Of a DNA stretch of 37,524 nt, positions 36,312-37,524 are shown in pieces. Source of the DNA: Gammaproteobacteria bacterium. Lineage in GTDB: Bacteria > Pseudomonadota > Gammaproteobacteria > GCA-001735895. Position 1 is the first letter of the stretch. The number at the start of each line of letters is the position of its first letter. The notes beneath the pieces are model-generated. The model had not been told where the DNA came from, ran no database searches, and saw only the letters and a list, made by a program, of their open reading frames with translations. The stretch spans positions 1 to 37,524 of the forward strand of contig JBGUEB010000002.1 of the NCBI GenBank assembly GCA_041821565.1, in the 5' to 3' direction. Both the position numbers and the translations under genes were made by a program.

Positions 36312-37524
36312 ATGGAAGACTGGTCTGCGCAAGGGATAGGATACCTGAAAGGGGTAGGACCCAGGGTTGCGGAGAAGTTGCATAAGCTCGGCATACAAAC
36401 CCAGCGAGATCTACTGTTTCATTTACCTTTACGTTACGAAGACCGCACCGAAGTGACGGCGATCGGTGCCCTGCAAGCAGGTAAAAGAAGCCTGATTCAG
36501 GCCGAGGTACTACAGGCGGCGACGAGTTTTCGACGCCAGGGGCGGTCGCGCCGGGTGTTGGTGGCAAAACTGGGCGATCACTCTGCGGTGCTGACAATTC
36601 GGCTGTTTTATTTTAGTGCCCGTCAGCAGAAAATGCTGGAAAAAGGCAACTGGTTGCGCTGCTACGGTGAGGTACGTATGGCACAGGGGGAGCTGGAAAT
36701 GGTTCACCCCGAACTCGAGGTCATCGATGTAGATAACCCGCCAGCACTAACCCAAAATTTGACCCCGGTGTATCCAACCACCGAAGGGCTGCACCAGCTC
36801 TCAATTGGTAAAATAGTCCGCCAGGCCGTCGAAAATTTAAAAGCAAATGAAATTGCTGAAACGCTGCCGCGCGCCTGGCTTGATCAACATGGGTTCCCCG
36901 ATTTTAAATCTGCCATGTTGCATCTGCATAGTCCGCAGCAACAGCGCGATACCGATTTGATTGCACGACGTGAACACCCCGCCCAGTTTCGTTTTATCGT
37001 GGAAGAACTAACCGCGCATCGGCTCGCTCTGCTCGAACGCCGCGCAAAAATCAGGGTGCTCGATAGTCCGACGATTAATACTGGTGGCGAGCTAAGCGCA
37101 AAACTGGCTGATAGCCTGCCTTTCCAATTGACCGGCGCCCAACAGCGCGTGGTAAAGGAACTATTGCTGGATTTTGATCGCGGTAAGCCGATGATCCGAC
37201 TGTTACAGGGTGATGTTGGCTGCGGCAAAACCATAGTCGCCGCGCTGGCCTGCCTGCCCGTGACCGAATCGGGTTTTCAATGTGCGTTGATGGCACCGAC
37301 TGAGATACTGGCCGAACAGCATTTTTTAAATTTCAGCGAATGGCTATCACCACTCGATTTGCAGGTAGTCAGCTTGATGGGTGCCGACAAGGGTAAAAAA
37401 AGGGAAGGCAAGCTGAACTTGATCGCCTCGGGCGAGGCTAACATCGTGATTGGCACCCATGCCCTGTTCCAGGCCAGTGTCGTATTTAAGGCGCTGGGTT
37501 TTATCATTATTGATGAACAGCACC
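36312..37524 (+). CDS. recG: ATP-dependent DNA helicase RecG (5' partial, continues beyond window)
   Basis: My own translation from ATG 36312 stays open to the window end. It reads MEDWSAQGIGYLKGVGPRVAEKLHKLGIQTQRDLLFHLPLRYEDRT (RecG N-terminus), then the wedge domain, then Walker A GDVGCGKT, and ends at the IIIDEQH box. It is absent from the ORF track because no stop codon lies inside the window. Confidence 0.93.
   Translation, partial: MEDWSAQGIGYLKGVGPRVAEKLHKLGIQTQRDLLFHLPLRYEDRTEVTAIGALQAGKRSLIQAEVLQAATSFRRQGRSRRVLVAKLGDHSAVLTIRLFYFSARQQKMLEKGNWLRCYGEVRMAQGELEMVHPELEVIDVDNPPALTQNLTPVYPTTEGLHQLSIGKIVRQAVENLKANEIAETLPRAWLDQHGFPDFKSAMLHLHSPQQQRDTDLIARREHPAQFRFIVEELTAHRLALLERRAKIRVLDSPTINTGGELSAKLADSLPFQLTGAQQRVVKELLLDFDRGKPMIRLLQGDVGCGKTIVAALACLPVTESGFQCALMAPTEILAEQHFLNFSEWLSPLDLQVVSLMGADKGKKREGKLNLIASGEANIVIGTHALFQASVVFKALGFIIIDEQH

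Noticed and set aside
1-37524. CRISPR arrays, tRNA/rRNA genes, IS elements, integrons, prophage remnants
   Set aside because: I found no regularly spaced direct repeats, no cloverleaf-like segments in the intergenic spacers, and no transposase, integrase or recombinase ORFs in any frame of the ORF track.

Overview
This window looks like ordinary core chromosome from a gammaproteobacterium. That assignment is an inference from gene order: polA-engB-cytochrome c4-dsbA and gmk-rpoZ-spoT-ridA-recG match Pseudomonas-type synteny. I can support 26 protein-coding genes.

Gene content, in order:
- polA, engB, a di-haem cytochrome c4 and dsbA.
- A translationally coupled recC-recB-recD operon.
- One orphan 297-aa hypothetical gene.
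- mmsA with a divergent LysR regulator.
- An MFS(LplT-like)-acyltransferase fusion.
- A NYN+LOTUS/OST-HTH predicted RNase, tightly coupled to a small secreted protein.
- A YgiQ-type radical SAM protein.
- A complete five-step histidine utilisation locus: hutG-hutH-hutF on the minus strand and hutI-hutC-hutU on the plus strand, with a perfect 20-bp HutC-type operator between them.
- tcdA, gmk, rpoZ, spoT, ridA and the 5' part of recG. recG runs off the window end and is missing from the supplied ORF track.

I found no transposase, integrase, phage gene, CRISPR array, tRNA or rRNA, and I do not see a convincing multi-gene novel system.

The items most worth follow-up are:
1. An unannotated sRNA candidate in the polA-engB spacer. 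It has a sigma-E-type promoter, a C/U-rich anti-Shine-Dalgarno loop and a strong intrinsic terminator, and it sits where Spot 42 and ErsA sit.
2. The NYN-LOTUS plus secreted-protein pair.
3. The orphan gene divergent from recCBD.
4. Two families of intergenic palindromic repeats: a REP/BIME-like family with two loci, and a 137-bp element with 15-bp terminal inverted repeats downstream of spoT.

All functional calls rest on motifs read by eye and on recalled family knowledge. No database search was run.
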